Shown piece after piece: positions 26,610-39,738 of a stretch of DNA of 56,897 nucleotides. Source of the DNA: Tricharina praecox (lineage: Eukaryota); the NCBI RefSeq assembly GCF_024521635.1, contig NW_026250424.1:620001-676897 (forward strand). The letters are read 5' to 3'. Positions within the stretch are counted from its first letter, which is position 1. Every line of letters begins with the position of its first letter. The notes below the pieces were generated by a model. It saw only the letters and a list, made by a program, of their open reading frames with translations, searched no databases and was not told the origin of the DNA. The position numbers were made by a program, and so were the translations under genes.

Positions 26610-27119
26610 ATGCCCGCTGCAACGATCCTCGACCTTCTCAACTGGCTCCCGTTTCTCTTCAGCGCGCTTTTGTGCACACTCCCATTTTGTATCCCGCAGC
26701 ACCCCGAGTACGTCGAACCCGAGTACGTCGAGCCTCACGATGAAGGGCCCTGCTGTTGCCGTTGCCTGCTGGACGCCCGCAAGCTGCGGCGGGTGCTTGC
26801 CGTCTACAACATGCGCCCTGTCAGGCGCTCTGGCGGGCTCGAGCCCGAGGTCGCCCGGAAGATTGCGAGGATCATTTACACGCCGGGCTGCATGCTGATG
26901 CAGGAGGAGATGCTCGAGAGCTATATCGAGAGCTATATCGTCGAGCTGAGGAAGTATAAGTGCGTTCTGCAAACCATTGAGTGCCGCTGCGGGTGTGGCT
27001 GGGGAGAAGGGGCGGGTGCGGGTGCTAATTCGTGATCTGATAGGTTCATCCGTGTCATGCCTGAGGGAGACCACATCGTGGCACGATATACCAGGCATAA
27101 GCCGAAGCTGCCCAAGTAG
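26610..27119 (+). CDS. Orphan 141-aa protein with hydrophobic N-terminus and CCCRC cluster; exons 26610-26959 and 27044-27119
   Basis: ACAATG start, GC-rich coding-like codons, intron GTGCGT...GCTAAT...GATAG keeps the frame to TAG at 27117. Confidence 0.55.
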
Positions 27120-27501
27120 CTCCGGGCGGAGGCGCTGGTGGTCAAGAAGGGATTGCGTGGGTGCGTGGCTGAAGTTGAAGTGACCTCGGACTCGGGTTTT
27201 GTGGTGCTTTGGGATTGCGAGAGTGGTAGTGTGTGGTCTGGGCTGTAATTATGGCGGCTGTTGGTAAAATTAGCAATAGATACAGTATGTAGTGTTTACT
27301 CGGCTCGGCTCGTAAGGTTTTCCATCAAAGTTCGAAATCTGTCCGTTTCCTATGGATCATAGTTGTTCGTTGTGGTGGTGAAGAGTTCGGTCTGTCTAAA
27401 TAAGCGTACCTACGCTTATAGCTGTTCAAAGTTTAAATTGTGAAGTGAATATCTGCATTGTGTTTACAGCGAGGTAAAACATTAGCTATCACTCGTATTA
27501 A

Positions 27502-28140
27502 AGTACCAGGTCAAGTTATCGCCACTCGCCCCTACGAGACCACCACACCACATATGTAGACCCCTCGAACACCACAACCACACAATAGAAAGTAATACAA
27601 ATTTGCGTACAGAATGATTAGATACATATCCGGCTTCGACAAAATTTCCAGCCAAAAGAAATCAATATTTTATGCGAAGTTATGCGGCAAATCCAAGTCC
27701 CATTGTCTCAAGGCTACCCATTTTCAACCACAGATTCTGTGTCCCAAACACGCTGTAAAAAATATTGGGCAATTGGAATTCCTTGTTAACTGCTTAGGTG
27801 ATCGTATAAGAAACTGGCTTGCAAATATAAGCAGTTGTGGTTGAGCAATACGGCCCAGGAGAAAAATTTCTGGTTGACGCTGGTTGTCATGCAACTTTTT
27901 GTATGGGAGCCCCATACAAAATGCGAAATCGCCGTTCAAGTCATGTGCAAACTCCCATTGAAAGCCACCAATCTTGACTAAAAACAGTCGAATTTTTTAT
28001 ATATGAGAGGGCTTATGATTTTACGGCGTCTGTGAAAGACACAATATTTTTCGGTCAGACGAAGAATGGGTTTTGGTCGAGTGAAAATGGCCATTTTTGG
28101 TGTAAAACGGCCCCCTGGCGATAACTTTTGACCTAGTACT
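27502..28140. mobile_element. Non-autonomous TIR DNA transposon (MITE), 639 bp, flanked by TTAA, Kolobok-like termini
   Basis: Left end TTAA|AGTACCAGGTCAAGTTATCGCCA, right end TGGCGATAACTTTTGACCTAGTACT|TTAA; inverted match with 1 mismatch and a 2-nt indel; AT-rich interior with no credible ORF. Confidence 0.75.
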
Positions 28141-28437
28141 TTAAGTTCATACACGGATTAGTGTGGACGTGGTGCTCTACTCGCTATGCCGGCGTGTTTA
28201 ACACAGCGGAGATTTTCATCAATAAGTAACGCCGCTCGCCGGGCAAGTACGCAGCTATTATCCTGGGTGGACACTTGGATGGATACTCTGCCTCGGGCCG
28301 CGGTCATTAGATGTCCGTTTACGCCTCCCAGAATGAATGCGAGCACACTCGCCGTACAGTCGTCCAATCCAATTATCTACATTCCAATTCTAAAACGAAG
28401 CAAAGCCTCAAACAACGCCACAAAACACAAGCTTTTT

Positions 28438-31392
28438 TTACCTTCTGGCCTTCTCCCTCTTGTACTCGTTCGCAGCCTGACCCTCCTCGCTCTGGATCAT
28501 AGCCGTCAAGCGCGCCATCTTCGCATGGTACTCCTTGCTGGTCTTCTTGTCTTCTTGCAGCTTCGCTCTGGAGATGAAGCGGGCGTCCTTGCGGATCTCT
28601 CTCACGGCACCCTTCTTCTCCCGCTTGTGCTGCGCCTTCAGCTTGGACATCTCTCGGCGGTCGTCGTCGGGATCGTAGTGCTTGTCCATGCTGTAGTCTG
28701 ACTCGAACTTGGGTATGTTGGATGCGATGGGTAGAGGCCGGTGGTGGTGGAGTTGTAATGGGCGGCGCGAAAGCTGCGCTTGGGAGAGTCTGGAGGTGAG
28801 GTCTTTGGAGGTGGCACGGAGCTTTTTCTGTGGACGGGTCAGCAGGGCTCGAAGGGTATTGACAAGATGACAAACCTTCAGTTCCGAGCTCAGATGACCG
28901 ACACATGCCTTGCTCGACATGTGGGTTAGAACGTCGTTCACCGGCCCGAAGACATCGAAGAAGGCGGTTTTCTCAGCCCAGAGATCGGTCAACCGCTCCA
29001 ACAGACCGAGCAGGGTGTAAAGAAGCGCTGAAGGCGTATCTTCCGAGGGTGCAAACATATCCGAGAAAGCGAGTTTCCGCGGCTTCCAATCATCCGATGC
29101 TTTCCTTATCCGGAAGTCATCCGACTCGTTGTAAGGGAATTGGCCTGGTACTTCGGCTTGTGCTACAGGAGCCAGAAGGGAAAGCGCTTTGAGAATAAAT
29201 GTGATAGCTTCAGGGACGTATCGCTTCGAGAGTTGTTGATACTGCTAATGATCAGCACTACCATTCATGTGGTAGGAGAGGAACAACAAACCTGAGAGCA
29301 CATAGTGACCAAATATGATCCTACCGCGAGAACACGCACGGAATCAAGTGCAACCTGGCCCAGCCACCTGCACATGACAAGCATCGAAGGAGTCACAACG
29401 GGGTGGAAGTGATCACTGGTCGGGAAGATGGTTGAAACTGCGGTAAACAGGATCAGATCGCCGGCGTGTAGATCCTCGTTCATACGTGTGTCGTTGATCT
29501 GCTTGAGCTGGTTTCGGAATGCCGTAGAGACAAACTCCGGATAGGTCTTCGTCATGGCGTGCAAGTGGCGGATACACAGTTCAATTGCAGCGAAGGGAAT
29601 CCTGGGAGCTGTGAGGTTGGCAATATAGATGATGTGTTCCAAAAGCACACCAGAGAAGTTCTATGTCTATCAGACCAAGATACGGAAAGATGGCAGTTTA
29701 TGGGACCTACCTGAAGTTTTGCCTTGTTTTCTGCCGCAAGTTTCGCGTGGTGCAGGACTCGGATGCGCTGAACGACAGTCGGTGTGTCTTCCACAGCAAT
29801 GTCCTTGACAATCTCCAACATCTCCTTATGTGTTTGCGGACAGGGGAAAGTAAAGGCCAGCTTTTCGTCGCGCATTGTCTCCTCTGTAGAGGCGCCTACT
29901 TTCTTAATGGCTCCACTGGAAGACAAAACATCCGCAAGGAAGTCCTCCTCATCCGAATCCACCTCCGCGTCCGAGCCAGTAACACTGTCGTCCTCATCGT
30001 CCGAGAAATCAACGTCGCCATCAACCATGCCGTCCTCATCAACATCCACGTAGTCGTCTTCTGATACCGCATAGTCTCCATCGAGGTAGTCTTCGGGATT
30101 TCCATGAGGCACGTCCCGTGGAACTGCGCCTGGAATACCGTCACCCAATCCATACGCAGCCGCTTCGGTGATTCTCTCTTCCTCCTCCCAGCCGCGGTCT
30201 TCATCCATGGCATCAGCGCCATCAGCGCCATCCGCAGGTCCCTCATCCTCACTCTCCTCCCCTCTCATGCGCCGCTGCCGAGCGTCTTCAAGCTTCTTCA
30301 GCCTCTCGCTCTCCGCCGCAGCCTTCTCTTCTTCCGTCTTAGTCCTGTCCGCGGGCTGGGATCGTTTGTCGAACATCATTTCCCTGACGGCTTGGTCGTA
30401 CTCCACCTCCTTCTTCCGTAGTTCCTTGTCTTCGTCCGACGGTTTCGAGGCAATTGGCCTGTCAAAGCTCGGCATTTCTCCACCACCCAGTGGTTCATTA
30501 TTCGCGCCTGAACCAGCCCCGGTCCTTGAGGGTTGTCTCGTGCCCAGCAGCGCCCATAGTTCTCCCATCTCCGCATCTAGCTTCTCTCTTTCATCCTCAT
30601 CGTCCTCCTTCAGCTTTTGACGCTCATACTTGTGAAGCTTCGACTTAGCCATGACCTCCTTCATGACCTCTGCCTTGCTCTTCTTCCGATCAGGACCCTT
30701 CTCCTCATCATCCGATCTTTCCGCGTCATCCTCCCCATCCAACGGACGTTTCCTGGACAACCTCGCAGCCTCCCCATCCTCGTTGTCTTCCTCGCCGTCG
30801 AAGTCGTCCTTGAGCAGGCCCTGGCCAATTTCGCGGAGACCACCAAGCGATTTGCCGAAGTGCGTGAGCTCGTCCTCATCCTCGAGGTTGAAGATCTCGC
30901 CGCCACGCACGCGCCGTTGCTTCTCACGGGTGAATCGCTCCAGCATCCGGTCCTCGGGGGCCATGGTAGGATCGTTTTCTCCGAACCGGCGATCGACGAT
31001 TCCTCCGACCTTGTTGCGCTTCTGCATCTCGACCAGCAGCGTCCTCTTGCGCTGTATCCGCCAACACGATCAGCACCCAACCACTAACCGCACAGAGAGA
31101 GAGGACGCACATGTTCCTCGCCGATAGACTTGCTTAAACCCGGCCTTCCCTCCTTGCCCTTGACCCGTCCCTGTCCCGAGATCTCATGCTTCGTCTTTGT
31201 TTTCTTGACCTCGAACGGATTGAACTCCTCGCGGATACTCTGCAGCGCCTGGTCACGGCTCACTCTGGAGTCGTTCTTTGCGTCGGCGGCGGAGGCGTTG
31301 CGCTTTGTCTTCGCCTTCTTGGGCTTCTGCTGCCCGGTTACTCCGGCGGTTCGGAGCGAGGCTTTGAGCCGTTTCAGCTGGGATTGGACCAT
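28438..31392 (-). CDS. NOP14: Nucleolar SSU-processome protein Nop14, multi-exon
   Basis: SQLKRLK, IREEFNPFE, GGIVDRRFGENDPTM, KSKAEVMKEVMAKSK, FPTSDHFHPVVTP, KGAVREIRKDARF. Confidence 0.95.
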
Positions 31393-31907
31393 TTTTCGAG
31401 TGCGTGAAGGAGGTTGTGGAAGGTCGCTGTCGCCAAACAACGGTTGGTTCTTGGGCTTGGGCTTTGGCGGGAGAACTGAAATTTCTGGCGCTAACCTAAT
31501 GAGATATGGGCAGGGCCCAGCAGAGCCGCATGTCACGTGCCGTCTGATGGAGCTGCGAACGGTGGTGAGCTAAAAGCGCGAGTGTCTCCATGGCAGACAC
31601 GGTATTGGTGCTTGTGACCGAGGGATGTAACTGCATTGCCAGCTGTTACAACATAGAGCTCTGGTCGTCCGTTCACGATCACCATACAATCGCAAGTAAC
31701 TGACTGCGCGCGCCAATGGCGGGGTACTTTCTATACAGATCCCTGACTATGACCGCGTCGAACATGACAGACGATGCCCAACACGACCCCCGAGCGGAAC
31801 GGTGGCATAGCATTGCATAGACATATCACGACTATGACCCGAGCGGCCTTGTCTCTCTCCGTCCACTCCCAACACCCACCGCACCACCAACACTCCCACA
31901 ACCCACC

Positions 31908-33121
31908 ATGTCGTCCTTCACCCTGCCGTCGCCGCTTTCGTCCAATAAAATGACCTGGGTAGTCGCCGGTGTGCTCCCCCGTCGCCACTCCCGCCCGCCC
32001 GCCCGCCCCTCTAACAGCCCACACGGACAGGTCTCGGCACCCTCATAGCTGTGTACACGACGTACTGGCAACTCGACAACTTCAAGAAGCGCACCATCAT
32101 CAAGCCTTCGGGCGCGCGAAGCGTGGGCGTCGAGCAGTCCACGGAAGATGGTAGAACACCCTTCATGTCTGTCATCTTCGAGCTAAGCTCATCAGCTATT
32201 CGTCTCTCGACACTTGCGGTCCTCGCCCGCGGCGTTAATCCTGAGCTTCGCACCGCGTACGTCAAACTTGCCCCCGTCGTTGCCAGCTAGGCAGGTAGCT
32301 AACACCCCGCCCGCCCGCCCGCCCACCGCCAGCGCCCTCAAGATCCTCTGCGAGCGCGCGCTCAAAGACGAAGCCTTCGCCGTAGTCCTCGAAAAAGTCG
32401 AAGCGGACGATCTCGCGCGCAACTTCGTCGGGCTGCGGGTGCTCGCGCTGCTCGTACAAAACGGTCCCCCCCTCCCCCCTCCCGCCCTCCCTCCTCCGGC
32501 ACATACTAACTCCCCCTAGCGACCCCGCGCCATCTTGTGCGACCGCGGGTGTTCAAAGCGCTGCTCGACATCCTGCGACGGGCGTCTCAGCCCTGCGATC
32601 CGCCGCACGCATACGCGATGCGGTGCCAGCGGGAAGCGATCTCGCTTTTGAGCCGGCTCATCTCGCTCGGCGACATAGCGCACAAGTTCGCGATCGAGGC
32701 TGGGCTGCTCGACTGGATCAAGGAGTCGCGCGTCGCGGGCTACGATACACTGTTTGCCGCGGTGTTCGATATGAACAGGAATGAGCCGATCGATCAGAAT
32801 TTGTATGAGCTCCTGAATGCATTGCGTGGACGGGGAAATCTGGGGAGGGATAGTCTCGTCGAGCTCGGGCTGCTGAGGAATGGCAGGGGAACTACACCGT
32901 CGACGGGCAGGCCGTATGAGCTTAGCGATGAGGATTGGGTCGAGGTTGCGGTGGGCGGCGAGGGTGCGGGGGGCGCGGGGGGCGCGGAGGAGCCAAGGGA
33001 GACGCCGGAAGCAGAGAATCAGGAGGTGCAGTCGCAGGAGGTCGTCGTGGTGGTCCCCGTTCCTGGCCCGACGATGGAGGAGGATCCCATCGATGTTTTG
33101 GTTGTCACCATGTGGGGTTAA
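31908..33121 (+). CDS. Fungal hypothetical protein with N-terminal hydrophobic segment and helical (ARM-like) region, about 5 exons
   Basis: CACCATG start; consistent GT-AG introns join ORF pieces (AIRLSTLAVLARGVNPELRTAALKILCER, REAISLLSRL); 3' end uncertain. Confidence 0.65.
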
Positions 33122-33658
33122 GACAATGTTGGGAGTCATAATGGGAGGGTTGTAGCTGATTAACGAGCGGTATACATGGATCCTGAGAGATCTTGCTTTT
33201 ATTACATATCAAAGGGGGCGGATGAGAGAGAACATCACTTTGTTGTCGCAATAAAGGGGACGGAAACGTTCGTTACAACAGGCCCAAGTGTAGTCGTGCG
33301 AGTGACACACTGTGCTTGGCTGTGAGTGTGTGATCTACATATCTGCGGACTTGCTGTAAAGCATACGACCACAAGAATTGAGCCTTCAACGAGAGTCCGG
33401 CGTAGAGTGCAAGCCATAAAAAGACTCCCGAATCAGCCGCATAGGGCATCACTCGGCCGGATCTCATCGCACCCCTGCATCTGCCCCTGTCACCCCAGGA
33501 AACATCCGCTTGGCCTTCGCCGGCTAGTACTAGCAATTACCCCTGCTTTCCGCGGGTCCGCCAGCCCAGCTCGCAGCTCACAGCTGCGTGCATACCTCAC
33601 CTCCCTCACCCTCACCTCCCACCTCCCCCCCCCCAATCCGCGCGCAACCTCCACCACG

Positions 33659-33968
33659 ATGAAATGGCCCACCCCCTCCTCCTTCACCTCCCCGTCACCT
33701 CCTCCTCCAGACGAACCAACGGGCTTCTTCTCGCGCCGCGTCCGCTTCTACCAGCACACGTACACGTTCCGCGAGCTGTCTCTGGCGTGCGGCGCGGCGG
33801 GCGTGCTGGTTCTCGCCGGCTCCCACGTGTTCAGAAACTACTTCCGCCGCGTACCCACCGCGAATCATATCGCACACCACTTTTTGAGGAAGCGCAGTCT
33901 TCTAGGAAGGGTCACGAGTGTGGGCGATGGAGATAATTTCAGGATTTATCGTAGGTCTACTCCATGGC

Positions 33969-34000
<32 letters not shown>

Positions 34001-34498
34001 TGATGGTGGGGAACAGATACGCCCGGCGGCTGGCTCCTCGGCTGGGACTGGCTGCGGCCGATCCCGTCAGTGCGGAAAGACCTGAAGGACCAGACGGTGC
34101 ATGTGCGGCTTGCGGGGGTTGACGCGCCAGAGTGTGCGCACTTCGGGCACCCCTCGCAGCCGTACAGCAGCGAGGCGCTCGCATGGCTGAAGGAGTATGT
34201 GGGCGGGCGGCGGGTGCGCGCGTACATCCACAGCAAGGACCAGTACGAAAGGGTTGTTGCGACGGTGTATGTCTGGAGGGGATTGTGGAGGAGGGATGTA
34301 GGCCTCGAAATGCTGAAGGCCGGGATGGCGGTGGTTTATGAGGCGAAGGGAGGCGCGGAGTTTGGCGGCAGAAGGGTCCAGTATGATGCTGCTGAGGCTA
34401 GGGCGAAGCACGCGAAGCTGGGCCTCTGGAAACAGGCGAAGAAGAAGAGGGTCTCGCCCGGGATGTTTAAGAAGTCGATCAGGGAGGGGAATTCGTAG
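33659..34498 (+). CDS. LCL3: Staphylococcal-nuclease-family endonuclease Lcl3, 2 exons (intron 33951-34016)
   Basis: [62 protein letters not shown]. Confidence 0.92.
33971..33999 (+). repeat. G29 homopolymer inside the LCL3 intron
   Basis: 29 consecutive G between donor and branch point. Confidence 0.9.
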
Positions 34499-34545
34499 GC
34501 GGGCGTGGGCGTGGGCGTCGGCGTGGGCGTCGGCGTGGGCGTGGG
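34497..34545. repeat. (GGCGTG/GGCGTC)n hexanucleotide repeat just after the LCL3 stop
   Basis: ggcgggcgtgggcgtgggcgtcggcgtgggcgtcggcgtgggcgtggg. Confidence 0.8.
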
Positions 34546-36643
34546 TATTGTGGTGGGATCAGTGGATGGCTATGGCGTTTAGATTGGAAGCATAACGGGC
34601 GGTGTTTGGTTTGGCTTTGGCTTTAGCTTTACGGGGTTGATGATTATGATATGGTGTACAATAATCCGAGGGGAGGACGTTTGTACATATATACCGAGCA
34701 GTTGAGCGCCTATTGTGAGGCGGAAGGCAGAAGGCAGAAGGCAGAAAGTTGCCATAGCAGGGAACGCATGTACTCGTCTGCTTGGCCCGCATATGGGAGG
34801 ATGGGTCATGCCTACTCTACTCTACTCGATGGGGACAGGTGGTTGTGGGTACCAACACCGAACTTCGCACCCCCGAGTAAGCTGGCTGACCGCCGACTTC
34901 CAGGATCAAAGAACAGGAGGATATACTCTTCATTCTCACTCATGAACAACAATCTAGGCAGGCAACTATTCACCGCCATGACTACCGAACCAGCTCGTGA
35001 AGCATTTTCCAACCATAAACGCCCTAACAAACCAACTGTCTTCCGACCATGCTCTCGAGCTCGAGCTCATCTGGCGGCGATACCTACGGTATGCATACTT
35101 TACATACTACCGAGATGACATGGCCATCGGACCATCTCAGATCAAGATACCTAGTTCTAGCGCTTGAGTTGTGTTGCGATGGGTGCGATGTTGAAGCATG
35201 GTGAACTGCAGTTACGGCGGAGTTGTCGAGCGGGGGGGATGGGGGATCGCGAGTGCATTCCCATGATGCAATACCTATCACGTCCATGTCCATGTCCATG
35301 TCCATGGGGACCGGAACGTCCGTCGTCCATCGTCCATCGTCCAGGTATCTATCGTCCATCCCAGTCCGCGCGTCGAAGGATCTACACAGTCTACACATCC
35401 TTCCATCCGCGGTCTCTGGCACCTGCAGCCTACCTACATGACTATGTCTGTATGTAGATATCTCGTGCTTGCCTGTTTGTTTGTAATGCGGAAGCGAAAC
35501 ATCCGCACTCCGCTTTCCGTATTATACCCGTACCCGTGCTCGCGCTCGTGCTCGAGTCATGTCATGTACTCCACAATACCTATGCGTTTGGTGAGATGAT
35601 ACCGGTGGCTTGTGCTCCGATTCGCGAGGGTGGTATCTACGGTGTGTGCTATGTACGATTTATATGGTGCTATGTACACCCGTATCCTCGGTTGGTTGGC
35701 ACATGCAAATATATACGATGTGAACGGGATTGTGAACGGGATTGTGAACGGGGTTGTAAGGGGTCGGGTTGGGTCGGGTGGTGAAGCAAGTCGTAGGTGG
35801 TACAACAACTGTCGGTGTTTTTTGATGCAGAGGAGGTGCTGGTGACGTTCTTCTGGCCGGTTAATTGCGTGTAGTTGAAGAGGTGTGGTGGTGGTGGTGG
35901 TGATGATGATGCGTCCGCCTCTTCCCCAATAGAATGGAGGCATGTGGAGGACTAGTAGGCACTGCCGTAGTAGAGTTTGAGGCGCGTGCAAGTGGATTCG
36001 GTGGCGGACGGGCCACCCCTCCGACGACGACGCTGAAGACCGTTGACGAAGAATTCCGAAAGCGCTGCGGTGGTTGAAACAAGAATCCCTCCGCATATGA
36101 TACATAAATGGATGCGAAGGGTCTGGTTGGTCTCCGGCTCAACAGAACATCCGTCCATCCAACTGCTCGGTACTCTAAATCCGATAACTAGACCGCACAG
36201 ACCAAGCAAGCACCCCCACCAAAAAATAATCGGGCGATCTGGAACTTTGGGGGGAAGTAGCGCGCATTGGGTTGGAGTTTCCAGCCATGAGAGATCCCCC
36301 ACCCACCCCCCCTTAAAGTACTACTACTACTACTACTACGGCTCGCCTCCCGTCTTCCTTCCAATTCTTGTCATCGTCCATCGTTCTCAAAGTCAACTCT
36401 TCACCCCCCATCCACGGGCTCGCTACTTCTTCGTCGACATCAGGTTTCGCGACTGAACGTCGGCGTTGCCACTCGCCCCCCACCCACGACACGCACCACG
36501 ATCACCCCGCGAGTCAGTCAGTCACAGCCGACCACCGCACACAGCCTCGAAGCGAATAAGTGCAAAGGCGAAGAAATAAACCTTTTTTCCTGCTCGCAAC
36601 TTAATCGTCGCCCCCGTCGAGTTGAAACAACAAACGAAACAAA

Positions 36644-37662
36644 ATGTCCGCCTCGACCGCAAACCACGCCCGCAAACTCCGAAAGGCCGCGCGAGTGATC
36701 CTCGTTGGGCCTCCTGGCGCCGGAAAGGGAACCCAGAGTGGAAGGCTCCTCGAACACTTCCGGTTGTCTGCTATTTCGTCGGGCGATATCTTGCGCGAGA
36801 ATGTGCGTCGCTGCTTCCCCCCCTCCCCCTCCCCCTCTTCCTCCGACTCCCCCCCACCTATGTTCTCCGGAAGTCTAATTTTTTATTTTTCGGTGTAGAT
36901 TCGCAACCGGACTCCTCTCGGCATGCAAGCGGAGAGCGTGATGCGCGGCGGCGGGCTGATCAACGACGCGGTGATGGTCAAGCTGATCGTGGGCGAGCTG
37001 TCGAAGCGCGGCTGGGTCGAGTCGCGGCCAACCACCACCTCCGGCATCACCGTGACCGGCGCGCTCGAGATCATGGGACACACATCGGCGGCGAAGACGG
37101 CACGGTTGGCGGCTAGCAACTGTCCTAGCTCGAGCTTCCTCCTAGATGGGTTCCCGCGCACCGTTACCCAGGCTGAGAGTCTGGATAAGGAGGTCGATAT
37201 GAACTTTGTATGTCTCCCGCTACCCCCGTAGAGTTTGGGGTGGATGGAGTGCTGACGCAAGACGCATAGGTCGTCAACCTGAATGTCCCCCGAGACGTCA
37301 TCCTCGACCGTATCGCCAACAGAATGGTCCACGAGCCTTCCGGCCGTGTGTACAACAACACCTGGAACCCTCCACAGGTGCCGGGCTACGACGACGTGAC
37401 TGGCGAGAAGCTCACGAAGCGGGCCGACGACTGCCCAGTACGTCCCCCCATCCTCTCCCCTCCCCCCCTCCTTATCCCTCCAGCTCACACTGACTCCCCG
37501 CACAGGAAACATTCGCGAAGCGCCTAAAGTCGTACGACAAGAGCACCGCGCCGCTGCTGGAGTACTACGACAAGACCGGCCTGCTGTGGACAGTCTCGGG
37601 CAAGTCTAGCGACGAGATCACGCCACAGCTCGACGCCGAGATCTTCCGACGTTTCGGATAGT
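36644..37662 (+). CDS. ADK2: Mitochondrial GTP:AMP phosphotransferase (AK3-type adenylate kinase), 4 exons
   Basis: VILVGPPGAGKGTQ P-loop, ISSGDILREN, FLLDGFPRT, LID HEPSGRVYNNTWNPP...DDVTGEKLTKRADD. Confidence 0.9.
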
Positions 37663-37758
37663 AGCTTGAGCCTACTGTAGCTACTATAGACGCCGATGAA
37701 TGTACAATGTTTCCGTAGTTCCCTTGTTAATGGTTTCTCTCCCGGACCGGATCGGACT

Positions 37759-37862
37759 TGGGTGGGCTGGGCTGGGCTGGGTTGGCTGGGCTGGGTTAAG
37801 CTGGGTTAAGCTGGGTGGGCTGGGTTGGGATGGGTTGGCATGAGATGAGATGAGATGAGATA
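37759..37862. repeat. (GGGCT/GGGTT)n and (ATGAG)n simple repeats downstream of ADK2
   Basis: Read directly. Confidence 0.8.
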
Positions 37863-39546
37863 AGCTGCGGGTGCGGGTGATGTGTACGGCGTTCCACTTT
37901 CTATCTTTTTTTTTTCTTATTTCTTTTCTTTCTTCTTTTTTTCTTTTTCTATCTTTGATTGATGTTCTCCACGGACAACTGGTATACCTGTCTGGCTGTA
38001 AATATCAAAATGGGCGATCTGATGCGGGTTACGGTTACGGTAAATGCGAATTGGGAATTGGGAATTGGGAGTTTCGAGATGGATTATGCGTGACGACGTC
38101 TATATACACATGCCGCTGCCATCTGGCAGTTGGAACTTGGGGTATGTAGGATGTGGGTAGGATGTAGGTAGGATGTAGGTACCAGGTACCTTGCAGTCTC
38201 AACGGCTTTCTGTCTGGACTCTGGCGGGCTGATGAACCCAGTATCTATGGACCAGTTCGGGATTTATGTAGTTAAGCGCTTCGCTCGTGATCTTCTGTGA
38301 AGATCTATGCACGATAATAACGACAAGTTACAAGAGACATTTTCCAGTCCGACAAAGAACCTGGAGTAGAAGAATTTAGCAGTGGTTGAACTGGGTGGGG
38401 GTGGGGGGGGGGCAAGCTGGTGAGTGGTGGCGGTGGCTGTGGCTGTGATGTGAGATCGGTAGAGGATATGTTGAAGTTTCTGGGGTCGCCACGGGGGAGA
38501 CCCTATTGCCGCGAGAAGATGAAGATGAAGATGAAGCAACGACGAGTCCATGACCTGAGATCGAAACTGAAGTATTGACCGGGACGATTGGAGTCGTTGA
38601 AACCGTGGAGATGTCCCATTTTCCTACAAAGGAGCTGCTGCACGAGCTTGTGAGTCTCCCAGGCGAGACAGATCTCCACCCTATCTCCACCCTATCTCCG
38701 CTCATTTTCGGCTTGGTCCACGCTCTGTTCCCGAGGATGAACCCGCCGGAAGTCAGGACTGACTAACTGCCGACCACCGACCACTGGGCGTTGTCGTCGG
38801 TAGAATGCTGCGGAGAGTGAAATAGGTATCATGAACCGCCACTCAGCTCAGCTATCTCAGGTGGCGAAAACTAGTGGTCAAACAGCTAGAATCAGTGCTG
38901 CTACTATCATAGTACTGTCATAGTAGCGCTACATGTACAGGATGAAGATATCTTACAAATACGTACAAAAACCACGAGTGTCTTCAATCTTCGCTGATCA
39001 ATCGGTGACTGACAAATTATCTCTTTTACGTATCCGGTCACGCGCAAACGTTTGCATTCCTTTAGTCGGCAATAGCTGGTAGCTGGTATGATCTAGGTAC
39101 TTTAGCACGGAAGGATTCTCTGGCAACAGATTTCATGCCCTATGTAGACCAGAGCCTAACCTCAACCGTTGCATTTCGAACTGACACACTGTCATGATTC
39201 ATCCCGGATCGATCTTCGAAGATCTGAGTCTTGACTCTTGAAAAACCCTATGCATGGGTGAGGAAGATCTTAGTAGATGAGCCGACGAGGATCATAATAG
39301 GTAGTATTTACCTGGGTGAGCATACTTCATTCTCCTCTTCATATCTGCCCCCGAGCGGCTTTCGTGGGGGATGTTTGAACCAGACTGATAGCGATGCGGT
39401 AGGCTGGAATCTGGATGGGCGGCTGTATTGGATGATTTTTTGAGTGTCATTCATTACCAGGTATCATTCCGAGTGAGATCTTGTGCAGTCAGTCAACTCG
39501 GCCGCGCTTCAAGCTGTTTGACTCTTGAGCTCCGAACGTACCCGTT

Positions 39547-39582
39547 GGCTGTCGTCTGGCTGTCGTCTGGCTGTCGTCTGGC
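39547..39582. repeat. 11-bp tandem repeat GGCTGTCGTCT x3
   Basis: ggctgtcgtctggctgtcgtctggctgtcgtctggct. Confidence 0.8.
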
Positions 39583-39696
39583 TGAGTCCGTTTACCGGTC
39601 CGTCCACCAGATGCCGACATTCCACAACGACCATCTGACCTGTAGTAGAACCCCCTCGCAGCCCATCCGTTTACACATTCTTCACAGTTTCAGTTT

Positions 39697-39738
39697 CACA
39701 TCACATCACATCACATCACATCACATCACATCACATCA
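39697..39738. repeat. (CACAT)n pentanucleotide microsatellite
   Basis: About 8 units read directly. Confidence 0.9.
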
